NCBI GenBank assembly: GCA_964462035.1
Contig: CAYXAP010000026.1
Coordinates: 4,555-68,554 of the forward strand
Origin: an uncultured Sandaracinus sp.
GTDB lineage: Bacteria; Myxococcota_A; Polyangia; Polyangiales; Houyiibacteriaceae
Length of the DNA stretch: 64,000 nucleotides
Reading direction: 5' to 3'
The notes below the pieces were generated by a model, which saw nothing but the letters and a program-made list of their open reading frames with translations, ran no database searches and was not told where the DNA came from. Positions 10,074-19,165 of the stretch are shown piece by piece (within the stretch, counting starts at the first letter, position 1; every line of letters begins with the position of its first letter). Made by a program: the position numbers and the translations under genes.

Positions 10074-11195
10074 TCAGCTCTTCCCCGAGCGGGCAGCTCG
10101 AAGACGGGCCTTCATGGACTTCAGCGGAGGCAGGTCCGCGGCGGTCGCGTAGCCCCGAGCCTGCGGCCCGGAGAGGAACCGAACATCCACGCCCGAGTCC
10201 AACTCGATCAGGACGTGGCCGGTGCTCCGCTCCCACTGGATGGGCACGTCGGTCACCAAAGCGCGGCCCTCGGCGCCGTAAGTCACGGCGGAGCCGATCG
10301 CCCAGAGCAGGTGCCACGGGTGAACCGAAGACGTGTCGCTTCGCCGTTCGAAGGTGGGGGTCGGCGACTGCGTGACCCCGAAGATCGCCGATGGCGGGCC
10401 ACAGTCTTCCGCATCGTTCGGCACCACCTCGAGCGAGCCGATCGTGTCTCGACTCGGCCGCGCGCCGAGCCAGGCTTCGACGGCCTCGGCGTCTGGGAAC
10501 GTGAGCGCACACCGGAACGCCGGCAGCGTGACCGTCGTCTTCGCCTGCTCGGCTGTCGGGCTCGAAGACTTCGCTGGGTTCCACGTCGCCGTCTTGGACG
10601 CCCCGATCCGATCGACGAGCGCAGCCGCCGCAGAACCCGCCACGCTCGAGGATGCGCCACGGGCGCCGTCCACCACTTCCGTGATCGCGTCGGCCATCGT
10701 GCCGGGCAGCTGGTACTCGTGCCGAAGCCACATGAGCTGGCGCAGGTACTGCATCGCGCCGCTGAACGACGAGGGCTCGAACCAAGACTCCTCGACGAAG
10801 AACCGAAGATCGGACTTCACCTTTCGCAACGTCCGTGCCGGCCGCTTCCGAGGCCCCTGCGCGATCCCCGTGCGAAACGCCTCGGAGAAGTCCTCTGGGC
10901 CGACGTCGAAGGCATGTTCGAACGCGTTCGACACATTCCGAGTCTTGCCCCACCAGAGCGCTTCGCTGGCGCCGTCGAGCCGGTCGATGGGGTCGCCGGC
11001 CAGCGGCAGCTGGTAGGCCGCCTCCAGCAGCACGATGGCAGCGATCAGCTCGGCATCGCCCTTCTCCTGCTTCGCCAGCCGGGTCGCGATCCACTCGGCA
11101 CCCTCCGCGTGGAACGCTCGAAACGTCTCGAACGCGGCCGCCTCGTCCCCCGAACCATAGGTCCGCCGATGCGGCCAACACGGCATCTCGCTCAT
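10074..11195 (-). CDS. Hypothetical protein
   Basis: Long ORF with protein-like composition; no family recognised; start uncertain. Confidence 0.55.
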   Translation of the reverse strand: MSEMPCWPHRRTYGSGDEAAAFETFRAFHAEGAEWIATRLAKQEKGDAELIAAIVLLEAAYQLPLAGDPIDRLDGASEALWWGKTRNVSNAFEHAFDVGPEDFSEAFRTGIAQGPRKRPARTLRKVKSDLRFFVEESWFEPSSFSGAMQYLRQLMWLRHEYQLPGTMADAITEVVDGARGASSSVAGSAAAALVDRIGASKTATWNPAKSSSPTAEQAKTTVTLPAFRCALTFPDAEAVEAWLGARPSRDTIGSLEVVPNDAEDCGPPSAIFGVTQSPTPTFERRSDTSSVHPWHLLWAIGSAVTYGAEGRALVTDVPIQWERSTGHVLIELDSGVDVRFLSGPQARGYATAADLPPLKSMKARLRAARSGKS

Positions 11196-11235
11196 GCGGG
11201 GGAGACTGCCCGCCCACGCCGGGCCGGGCAAGAGC

Positions 11236-12366
11236 TCAGGGGTTGGATCGGAAGTGCAGCTGGACGAGCTCGATGCGACCGTGCCGTCCACGGCCGCGAC
11301 CGGTGTCGATGGTGAAGCCCACCGGTCCGCGCAGCAGCTCCTGGACGAAGGTTCGGTCGGTCCCGAAGGTGTCGAGACCGGCGCCGGCGCTCGGCGGATC
11401 GAAGGTCGCCGTGAAGTGCGTGCCCACCCAGCGCCGCTCGTCGCGAATCGACAGGCTTCGGTAGCCGATGTGCCCGAAGAAGGTGATCGCAGAGTAGTCG
11501 AAGTGGTCGGGGCCGTCGGTCCAGATCTCGCCGTCGTCCATCACCGCGCGGAGCTCGTAGTGCACCCAGTCGACGTCGGCGTCGGTCATGTAGCGGCGAA
11601 GGTCGGCGACCCGAAAGAGGTCGGGCTCCACCACCCAGAACTCCATCTCCACGATGCCTTGCGAGCGCCCCACCGCATGCCCGCGGACCTGGAGTGGGCG
11701 CGGCCAGCTCGAGCGGTAGCTGATGGTGAGCTCGCCATAGAGCCCACCCTGCCCCACCGAGGGCGCAGGAAACCCTCGGACCGGCAGACCGGTGACCACG
11801 GGCGCCCGACCATCGTGCAGGGTCACGTTCACGGTCCATGGAGTCCGCACTCGCCGCAGACCGTCATCCGAGAGGGCGAGGAGCGGTCCCCGGTAGCGCA
11901 CGGTGGCCGTCCGTCCGGCGAGCCGGTCGGTCAGCGCGTCGATGGTGGTCATTCCCGGGCTCACGATGTGCGCGTTGAAGTCGTAGAAGCCCGAGAGGTG
12001 GATCGCGCCGTCCTCGAGGCGGCGACCTTCGGTGGCCGTCCCCACGAAGCGGAAGCTGCCGTTCTGCAGAAACGCCACGAGCCGCGTTCCGCGCGGGAAG
12101 CTCGCGTGTCCATCGCCGGGCGTCACCCGGATGACGCCACTCAGGTTGCCGCGCAGCGCGCGCTCGACGCGCAGGCGGTAGTGGGTCGCCTCGTGGGCAG
12201 GCACTCCTCCGACGGGTCCGAGGAAGGTCGCGATGACCACATCGGTCGAAGCGGCGATGACATCGTCATACGACGTGAGCATGGGCTCGGCCCGCGCCGA
12301 CGAGGGCCACGCCCCGAACAGTGCGAGGACCAGGCATGGGATCAGCTGTCGAAGGGATGAGGCCAC
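11236..12366 (-). CDS. Secreted hypothetical protein
   Basis: Signal peptide (LVLALFGAWPSSARA-E); start uncertain (12366 or 12402). Confidence 0.65.
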   Translation of the reverse strand: MASSLRQLIPCLVLALFGAWPSSARAEPMLTSYDDVIAASTDVVIATFLGPVGGVPAHEATHYRLRVERALRGNLSGVIRVTPGDGHASFPRGTRLVAFLQNGSFRFVGTATEGRRLEDGAIHLSGFYDFNAHIVSPGMTTIDALTDRLAGRTATVRYRGPLLALSDDGLRRVRTPWTVNVTLHDGRAPVVTGLPVRGFPAPSVGQGGLYGELTISYRSSWPRPLQVRGHAVGRSQGIVEMEFWVVEPDLFRVADLRRYMTDADVDWVHYELRAVMDDGEIWTDGPDHFDYSAITFFGHIGYRSLSIRDERRWVGTHFTATFDPPSAGAGLDTFGTDRTFVQELLRGPVGFTIDTGRGRGRHGRIELVQLHFRSNP

Positions 12367-12454
12367 ACCCCTCGTACGCTCCAGCCCGGCGATCGATCCC
12401 ATCGACAGGGGCTTTCGCTCGACGCAGGTGGCTCGCGCGGGCTAGGTCTCGCCC

Positions 12455-12985
12455 ATGCCCCGCGGGAAGAAGCTGCGCGCCAAGCCCCTCGAGACGCCGC
12501 TCCGGGTGGTGCTCGTCGAACCGGAGATCCCGCCGAACACCGGCTCGGTCGCCCGGACCTGCGCAGCCACGGGCAGCGCGCTCCACCTCGTGGGCAAGCT
12601 CGGCTTCCGCATCGACGAGCAGGCGGTACGCCGGGCGGGGCTCGACTACTGGCCGCTGGTCGACCTGCACCGGCACGACACCCTCGACGAGCTCGCGACC
12701 GAGCAGCCGAGCGCCCGCTGGCATCTGCTCGCGAGCGGCGCCCGGAGGAGCATCTTCGACGCCGACATCCAGCCGGGAGACGCGCTCATCTTCGGGAAGG
12801 AATCCGTCGGCCTCGATCCCGCCCTGCTCGACGCCCACCCCGACCGAGTCTTCGGGATCCCGACCATGGGGCCCGTGCGCAGCCTGAACCTCTCCAACGC
12901 CGTCGCCATCACGGTCTACGGCGCCCTGGCCAAGCTCGGCGCCCTGGACGAGACCTTCCTCGCCGACGACGCCGTCGGCCACTGA
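12455..12985 (+). CDS. trmL: tRNA (cytidine/uridine-34 2'-O)-methyltransferase, SPOUT family
   Basis: VLVEPEIPPNTG, RRAGLDYW, IFGKESVGL, IPTMGPVRSLNLSNAVA. Confidence 0.95.
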   Translation: MPRGKKLRAKPLETPLRVVLVEPEIPPNTGSVARTCAATGSALHLVGKLGFRIDEQAVRRAGLDYWPLVDLHRHDTLDELATEQPSARWHLLASGARRSIFDADIQPGDALIFGKESVGLDPALLDAHPDRVFGIPTMGPVRSLNLSNAVAITVYGALAKLGALDETFLADDAVGH

Positions 12986-12988
12986 CGC

Positions 12989-13957
12989 TCAAACGCCGAC
13001 GAGGTTCATGGACGCGCCGACCTTCTGGGCCATGGCGCGTGCGACCAAGCGTTGGGCGAGCGCCACGTCCTGGAGCGCGAGGCCGGTCGAGTCGAAGACC
13101 GTGAGCTGCTGACGGTCGGCTTTCAGCTGACCTGTGACCACCTGCCCGAGCGTTCCAGCCAGCGACTCCTCGCCGTAGGAGCCGTCGTGGAGGGGCACGT
13201 TGATCTCGCCGCTGTGGGTGGCCTGCTCACGCTCGTCGATGAAGACCTGCGCGTCGTTCAGGATCGCGACCTCGAGCTCCTGCTTGCCCTCGGCGTCGGC
13301 CCCCATGGCGTTGATGTGTGCGTGATCTGCGAGCCACTCGCGCTTCACCACGGGCTCGCGCGCCGGGGTCGTGGTCACCACGATGTCGGCACCGCTGGCC
13401 TCTTCGACGCTCACGGCCCGGCCACCGTGCTGGTCGGCCATCGCCTTCGCGCGCGCGTCCGCGAGATCGGAGAAGAGGGGCTCGAAACCGGCGCCGAAGA
13501 CCGCCCGGTGAGCGCTGAGCGCATAGAAGGACTGGACCCCCGATCCGACGAAGCCGACGGTCTTCGGGTCCTCGATCGCGAGCTCGCGCGAGGCCAACCC
13601 GGCCGCCGCTCCGGTGCGAAGCGCCGTCAGGAGGGTCGCGTCGAGGATCGCCAACGGAAACGCCGTCGCGGGGTCGCTGAGGATGTAGACGCCCATCACC
13701 GAGGGGAGGCCGTAGCGCTTCGGGTTCTCGGGGTGACTGTTGACCCACTTCACCCCCGCCGCGCCGCCCATGGCGGCCGGCATCGCGCGAAAGTCGCCCT
13801 GGTGCTCGGGCAGATCCAGGTAGACCTTCGGGGGCATCTTCGCGTTGCCGCTGGCCTGGGCGGCGAAGGCCTCGGCGACGGCGTCGACGGCGTCCCCCAT
13901 GTCCGCGATCTCTTCGATCTGGGCCCGGGTGAGGATCCAAGTGCGGCGTGCAGTCAT
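12989..13957 (-). CDS. Ornithine cyclodeaminase/mu-crystallin family protein, probable archaeal-type alanine dehydrogenase
   Basis: MPPKVYL, DFRAMPA, KWVNSHPENP, LRTGAA, HINAMGADAEGKQEL, FDSTGLALQD; start at MTARRTWILT. Confidence 0.9.
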   Translation of the reverse strand: MTARRTWILTRAQIEEIADMGDAVDAVAEAFAAQASGNAKMPPKVYLDLPEHQGDFRAMPAAMGGAAGVKWVNSHPENPKRYGLPSVMGVYILSDPATAFPLAILDATLLTALRTGAAAGLASRELAIEDPKTVGFVGSGVQSFYALSAHRAVFGAGFEPLFSDLADARAKAMADQHGGRAVSVEEASGADIVVTTTPAREPVVKREWLADHAHINAMGADAEGKQELEVAILNDAQVFIDEREQATHSGEINVPLHDGSYGEESLAGTLGQVVTGQLKADRQQLTVFDSTGLALQDVALAQRLVARAMAQKVGASMNLVGV

Positions 13958-14176
13958 GGCCAGCGGATAACACGGGTGGCCCCGCGAAGGCGATGGGGAG
14001 GGTCTCGGAGGGGGTTCGACCGTGTACGGACGGCCGGAGGGGCGTGAACGCTCGTTTACGCGGCGAGACCAGATCGCGACGCTTTGACCACCTCGGCCCG
14101 ACGTGTTTCGGTCAATTTGCCGAAATTCTGGCTGTTTTCCCCGGAATTCGGCCCTCGAGCGCCGCCCCTGGACTTC

Positions 14177-14192
14177 TGGCACGATGATCGCA
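14177..14192 (+). promoter_or_regulatory. Putative sigma54 promoter
   Basis: TGGCACG-ATGA-TCGCA, one mismatch to TGGCACG-N4-TTGCW; about 60 nt upstream of a gene with a GGAG RBS. Confidence 0.65.
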
Positions 14193-14253
14193 AGGCAAAT
14201 GAAGCGAGCCCTCCGGCCGTCCATGTCGGAGCCCGACTCAGGAGTCACTTTCG

Positions 14254-15597
14254 ATGCGAACCCGCGCCCTACTCTTCGCCCCCCTACTCAGCGTCATTCT
14301 CAGCGGTTGTCCCGTCTGGGGAGACGACGGCCCCGACGACGTCATGCCGTGCGTCGGCATCGGCTGCGCCTGCTTCGACGATTCGGACTGCCTCAGCAGC
14401 GAAGTCTGCGGGCCGGACGACTTCTGCATCCCCGACGACACCCCGTGTGCCGCGGACAGCGACTGCCGTAGCGGAGAGATCTGCGAAGCGGGCGCCTGCG
14501 TGCCCGAAGACGCCTGCGTTCGAGACACCGACTGCGGGTCGAGCGAGATCTGCGAAGGTGGCGCCTGCGTGCCGGTCGACGAGTGTCGACGCGACAGCGA
14601 GTGTGCCGCGGGCGAGCTCTGCGAAGCAGGCGCCTGCGTGCCCGAAGCGGGCTGCGTCCGAGACAGCGACTGCGCCTCCACCGAGATCTGTGAGGGCGGG
14701 CTCTGCGTGCCGGAGTCGGGCTGCTTGCGCGACACCGACTGCGCGACCGGCGAGCTCTGCGAAGCCGGCGCCTGCGTCCCCGAGGCGGACTGCCGCCGCG
14801 ACAGCGACTGCGGGACCGGCGAGCTCTGCGAGGCTGGGGTCTGCGTGCCGGACACCACCATCGAGAACTGCCGCACCCATGGCGACTGCGAGGTCGGCGA
14901 GTACTGCGACGGAGCGACCGACCTCTGCACTCCGAGCGGCACCTGCGCGGACGACTCCGAGTGCGCCACGGATTTCTACTGCGACTTCCGCGGCACCTGC
15001 GTCCCGGAGGCCCCCAACAGCTGCCGCACCACCGCGGACTGCACTGGTGACGAGCGCTGCATCGAGGGCTTCTGCCGGGCGCCGACCGACACCTGCCAGT
15101 TCGAGTACGAGTGTGGCCCTGGCGCCGCCTGCGTGAACGCCGGCTGCACCGAGATCTGCACCGGCGACGCGGACTGCCCCTCCGGCACCGCCTGCATCGG
15201 CAACTTCTGCCGGCCCACCACCGAGTGCACCTCGACCAGCGACTGCGGGTCCGGCGAGCACTGCGTCGACGCCCGCTGCCTCCCCGACTGTGAGGGTGGC
15301 GGTACCTGCAGCGGCGACGACTACTGCGGCGACGACGACTTCTGCCGCCCCGACTGGCGACGGGACCCGTTCTGCTCGGACGACGACGACTGCGCGGTCG
15401 GCAGCGTCTGCGTGGACGGCGCCTGCCGCACCCCGTGCCCGACCGGCACCGACGACGAGTGCCGGATGGCCGACGCCCTCCTGCCCGTCTGCGACACCGA
15501 CAACCTCTGCTACTCGACCACGGAGACCGCTCCGGAGTGCGAGACCGAGGACATGTGCGGCGCCGGCGAAAGCTGCGTGAACGCCATCTGCCGCTGA
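14254..15597 (+). CDS. Cysteine-rich repeat lipoprotein (CxxDxDC-type repeats)
   Basis: Lipobox ILSG-C; nearly the whole mature protein is C-xx-D-x-[DE]-C-xxxxx-C-xxxx-C repeats. Confidence 0.88.
   Translation: MRTRALLFAPLLSVILSGCPVWGDDGPDDVMPCVGIGCACFDDSDCLSSEVCGPDDFCIPDDTPCAADSDCRSGEICEAGACVPEDACVRDTDCGSSEICEGGACVPVDECRRDSECAAGELCEAGACVPEAGCVRDSDCASTEICEGGLCVPESGCLRDTDCATGELCEAGACVPEADCRRDSDCGTGELCEAGVCVPDTTIENCRTHGDCEVGEYCDGATDLCTPSGTCADDSECATDFYCDFRGTCVPEAPNSCRTTADCTGDERCIEGFCRAPTDTCQFEYECGPGAACVNAGCTEICTGDADCPSGTACIGNFCRPTTECTSTSDCGSGEHCVDARCLPDCEGGGTCSGDDYCGDDDFCRPDWRRDPFCSDDDDCAVGSVCVDGACRTPCPTGTDDECRMADALLPVCDTDNLCYSTTETAPECETEDMCGAGESCVNAICR
14446..14859 (+). repeat. Six tandem 69-bp (23-aa) coding repeats
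   Basis: Units such as CVRDTDCGSSEICEGGACVPVDE and CRRDSECAAGELCEAGACVPEAG. Confidence 0.85.
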
Positions 15598-15603
15598 CGC
15601 GCT

Positions 15604-15657
15604 AGCCACCCCGACCGAGCCCTCGGCCGCATCCCGCGGTCGGGGGCTTCGTCGTTC
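15604..15657 (+). terminator. Possible intrinsic terminator hairpin after the Cys-rich lipoprotein gene
   Basis: agccaccccgaccg...cggtcgggggct followed by tcgtcgtt (weak U tract). Confidence 0.4.
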
Positions 15658-15676
15658 CAGGCTTCAGTCTCGCCCA

Positions 15677-15899
15677 CTGTTCCCTGAACCAGATCGCACA
15701 AAGCCACCAAGAACACGAAGTTGCACGAAGAACGAAATGGGATTGGGGACCGTATGCGGAACGGCCTCCGTCGATCGCCGGGGTATCGCGAAGCGTCCGG
15801 GTGGACGACTCGCTGTCCGGCTGCATCGACCCACATCCAAGCCCTTTGTGGATCTTCGTGTTCCTTGGTGCCTTTGTGCGATCTCGTTCCAGGGCACAG
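15677..15899. repeat. Long-inverted-repeat element copy 1 (MITE/REPIN-like or structured RNA)
   Basis: Arms 15677-15730 (ctgttccctgaaccagatcgcacaaagccaccaagaacacgaagttgcacgaag) and 15844-15899 are ~55-bp imperfect reverse complements; homologous to 43888-44100. Confidence 0.85.
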
Positions 15900-15932
15900 C
15901 GGATCGAACGAAGGCTGGCGCGGGACGAGGGC

Positions 15933-17042
15933 TCAGCGGTCGGAGTCGACCGCCGCGAGCGTGCGATCCATGTCGTGCTCCGCGTGGAAGCCGAGGACCT
16001 CTTCGGCGCGACTGCCGTCGACCATGCAGAGGTAGCGGATGAAGTCGATCTCCGGCGCAGGGAACGACGTGAGCCGAAGCTTCCAGAGCCGCTCGAGGCC
16101 GGCCTTCGCCGCGAAGGCCGGGACCGCGCGGGGGCGGCGACCGAGCCGCGAGAGGACCTTCGAGAGCGGCATCTCGCCGGGGCCGCGGAGGTTGAAGATG
16201 CCGCGGACGCCGGGCTTCAGCGCCAGCGAGATGGCCTCCACCACGTCGCGTTCGTGAATGACCTGCACCATCGGGTCGAAGCCGAGGATGGTGATCGGGC
16301 GCTCGAGGCGGAGGTAGTTGCTGGGCGCGTTCTTCACGCCACCGAGGATGTGGCAGGGCCGGAGGATGACCGTCTCGGTCTGCGGGTGCTTCCAGAAGAA
16401 GCTCTGAGCGAGCATGTCGAGCTCGACCAGATCGCGCATGCCGCCGAAGCCTTGGGAGCCGAGGAGCGGCGCGTCCTCGGTGAGGAACTGGGGGTTGTCC
16501 GGCTGCGGGCCGTAGACGTTCGCGCTCGAGAGCACGACGAGCTTCGGGACGTCGAAGTCTTCGAGATACTCGAGCAGCTTCTGGAACGCCGCGACGTTCC
16601 ACCGATGGCGGTCGTGATCGCTCGCGCGCGGGTCGTGCATCACGCCGAGGTGGACGACCGCTCGGATCGGCTCGGCGCGGAAGACGTCGCGCGTCTTCTT
16701 CCGCCGGACGTCGATCGCGTGGTGGGTGATGTCCTTCGGTCGGTCGGGGAACGCGCGGCGGTCGACGCCGACGACTCGGGTCTCTCGATGCAGCCGACGG
16801 GCGAGCAGATGGCCGAGGCGGCCACAGATGCCGGTGACGAGGACGGCGCCCTCCTGGCTCGGCGGCTCGGATGACTCGGACGGGCGGTCCCCGGCCGCCG
16901 TCAGCCCGGCGACGGAAGGACTGCCGCGCCGCGCCTTCGGGCGGTCGGCGTCGAAGGTCGTCTCGGGAGCGCTCTCGCTCTCGTCGGCATAGCGAGCGGC
17001 GGGCCGCTCACTCTCGGAGCCGGGATCCCCCTCCCCGGCCAT
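15933..17042 (-). CDS. NAD-dependent epimerase/dehydratase (extended SDR)
   Basis: VLVTGICGRLG, SSANVYG, ILRPCHILG, GFDPMVQVIHERD; disordered N-terminal extension. Confidence 0.88.
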   Translation of the reverse strand: MAGEGDPGSESERPAARYADESESAPETTFDADRPKARRGSPSVAGLTAAGDRPSESSEPPSQEGAVLVTGICGRLGHLLARRLHRETRVVGVDRRAFPDRPKDITHHAIDVRRKKTRDVFRAEPIRAVVHLGVMHDPRASDHDRHRWNVAAFQKLLEYLEDFDVPKLVVLSSANVYGPQPDNPQFLTEDAPLLGSQGFGGMRDLVELDMLAQSFFWKHPQTETVILRPCHILGGVKNAPSNYLRLERPITILGFDPMVQVIHERDVVEAISLALKPGVRGIFNLRGPGEMPLSKVLSRLGRRPRAVPAFAAKAGLERLWKLRLTSFPAPEIDFIRYLCMVDGSRAEEVLGFHAEHDMDRTLAAVDSDR

Positions 17043-17045
17043 GGC

Positions 17046-18065
17046 TCACTCGCTTCCCGCCTCGGGGTCCGCGGGCGGCGGCGGGTCGACGGGCTCGCTG
17101 GGCTCTTCCTCGGTCCCGCTGGCGCCACCGACCGGCTGACCATCGCGGGTCTCGACCTCCACCTCCTGATGGGTGATCTCGATCGTCGTCTCGAAGATGG
17201 CGCCACCGGCGATGGTGAAGAGGTTCCGGCCACCGAAGGGCACGTCGAGGCGCGGGTCCATGTACTCCCACGTCATCGTGTAGGCGCCCGGCGCGGGACC
17301 GGCCTCGATCCCCGTGACCCGCATCGCGAGCCAGGGCGTGTTCGCGAACGCCTCGCGGAACCAGTCGTAGATCGCGCGTTGCCCGTCGAAGCGCATCGGC
17401 TGGTCGGTGGGCGTGCGCGTGAAGGGGTCGATGAGCGAGCCATCGGCCGCGAAGAGCTGCGTGATGTGGCCAGCGTCCTTGCGGTTGAAGTGCGCGGCGT
17501 AGCGGCGGATCAGCTCGTCGCCGGTGAACTCGTTCCGCTGCGCCGGCGCGTAGACCATCTTGACCTCGAGGCCGTTGCACCAGTTGGAGCGCTGGACGTA
17601 GACCTCGAGGAAGTCCCCGCGTCGACGCACGTCCCCCGGACGGTCGGGCTCGGGGTCGGTCGGGCACTCCCCTTCGTGGATGCGCGCCTCTTCGCTCATC
17701 GCCCACGCTTGGTCGTGCTCGGGGCCCGGCTTCGCGCGCTGGACGACCGTCTCCTCGCAGCTCTCGCCGAGGGTGTGGTCGTAGACCAGCAGCAGCCCCT
17801 CGTCGTCCGCGTAGATGTCGATGGTGCGCTCGAACCCTTCTTCGATGTAGCGGGGCTCACCTTCCGTGCAGGTCGCTTCGACGAAGGTCCAGTGGCTGCC
17901 ACCCAGATCCGGGCCCGCGGGGAGCGTCCCTTCCAGGTGACTGCGGTTGGAGCCCCCGACGTCCAGGTCGTCGGATTCGTCCGGGAGGGTTCGCTGGTTG
18001 TCCGACGGCCCGCACGCGAGAGCGACGGGCACGGCCAGAGCGAGGAGAGCGAAGGCGCGCACCAT
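17046..18065 (-). CDS. Lipoprotein with C-terminal SnoaL/NTF2-like domain
   Basis: Lipobox VALA-C; LIRRYAAHFNRKDAGHITQLFAADG..DP..FDGQRAI is a SnoaL-like pattern. Confidence 0.75.
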   Translation of the reverse strand: MVRAFALLALAVPVALACGPSDNQRTLPDESDDLDVGGSNRSHLEGTLPAGPDLGGSHWTFVEATCTEGEPRYIEEGFERTIDIYADDEGLLLVYDHTLGESCEETVVQRAKPGPEHDQAWAMSEEARIHEGECPTDPEPDRPGDVRRRGDFLEVYVQRSNWCNGLEVKMVYAPAQRNEFTGDELIRRYAAHFNRKDAGHITQLFAADGSLIDPFTRTPTDQPMRFDGQRAIYDWFREAFANTPWLAMRVTGIEAGPAPGAYTMTWEYMDPRLDVPFGGRNLFTIAGGAIFETTIEITHQEVEVETRDGQPVGGASGTEEEPSEPVDPPPPADPEAGSE

Positions 18066-18141
18066 GCCCCCGTTGGAGCGCATCGGGCCGTTCCCGTCAA
18101 GGCGCGAGCCCACGCGTGAGGGTCGCTCAGCCCTCGCCGAG

Positions 18142-19071
18142 CTAGCCGAAGATCGACTCACGCTCGCTCAACCCGCGAGCCACCAAGGACTCGATGCTGG
18201 TCTTCACCACCGACACCTTGTCCTGAATCACCGAGTCGTCGTCGTCTGCGTCGCCGTCGAAGCGTAGCGCCTCACCGAAATAGATGTGGTAGCGGGTGGG
18301 CAGAGGTGCGACGACGCCCAGCAGTAGCTGGGGGATGATCGGGAACGACGGGATCTTGAGCGCCTTCGCCAGCGGCTGGATGTCGGCGATCGAGGGGTAC
18401 TGCTCCTCGGCCCCCACGACGGCCACCGGCACGATCGGGGTTCGGGTCTCCAGGGCCAGGCGCATGAAGCCCAGGCCGAACTCGACCAGCCGGTAGCGCT
18501 GGTCGAAGGGCTTGGAGATTCCGCGCGAGCCCTCGGGGAAGACCAGGAGCGCCTCGTCGTTGCGGAGGAGACGCCGCGCGTTGTCCGGAGTGCCGACGAC
18601 CTGTCCCAGACGCGGGAAGAGCGTGGAGACGAAGGGGAGCTCGGCGGTCCACTTCTCCACCATGCTGCGAGGGAAACGTGGGGGGTCGCGGTCCAGCATC
18701 AACGAGGCGCCGATCATCGCCCCGTCGATCGGCAGCTGGCCCGAGTGGTTGGCGACGACCAAGACACGACCGTCCGGGACCTCGTCCACGCCGAAGACCT
18801 TCGTGCGGAAGTAGCGCCGGTGGAGCAGCGCAGTGGCGGCCAGCGCGTAGCGGCCCGCGACGGGATCGAAACCGAAGGGATCGTGACCCACCTCGTTGGT
18901 GTGCGTCTGGATCTTCTGGATCCGTCCGCTGATGTCGTCGCCGACGGCCTCTTCGACGAAGCGGACCAGGCGGTCCCCGAACGGGCTTCGCGTTGCGGGC
19001 GCCGGTCGCCCCGACGCCGTGTCGAAGGGCGCGCCGGAGAGCGGGATCGGTCGCTCGGAGTCGTTCGTCAC
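18142..19071 (-). CDS. Lysophospholipid/glycerol acyltransferase family protein
   Basis: [10 protein letters not shown] (HX4D-like), [23 protein letters not shown] start supported by TATGAT-N6. Confidence 0.9.
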   Translation of the reverse strand: MTNDSERPIPLSGAPFDTASGRPAPATRSPFGDRLVRFVEEAVGDDISGRIQKIQTHTNEVGHDPFGFDPVAGRYALAATALLHRRYFRTKVFGVDEVPDGRVLVVANHSGQLPIDGAMIGASLMLDRDPPRFPRSMVEKWTAELPFVSTLFPRLGQVVGTPDNARRLLRNDEALLVFPEGSRGISKPFDQRYRLVEFGLGFMRLALETRTPIVPVAVVGAEEQYPSIADIQPLAKALKIPSFPIIPQLLLGVVAPLPTRYHIYFGEALRFDGDADDDDSVIQDKVSVVKTSIESLVARGLSERESIFG

Positions 19072-19165
19072 GGTTCGATCATAGCCCACGGAGGGCGGCT
19101 GTTGGGCTGCGGCGGGCTTTGTCGAAAAGTTGCCCCCATCGCCCGTTTTCCGAACAGGTGAACCC

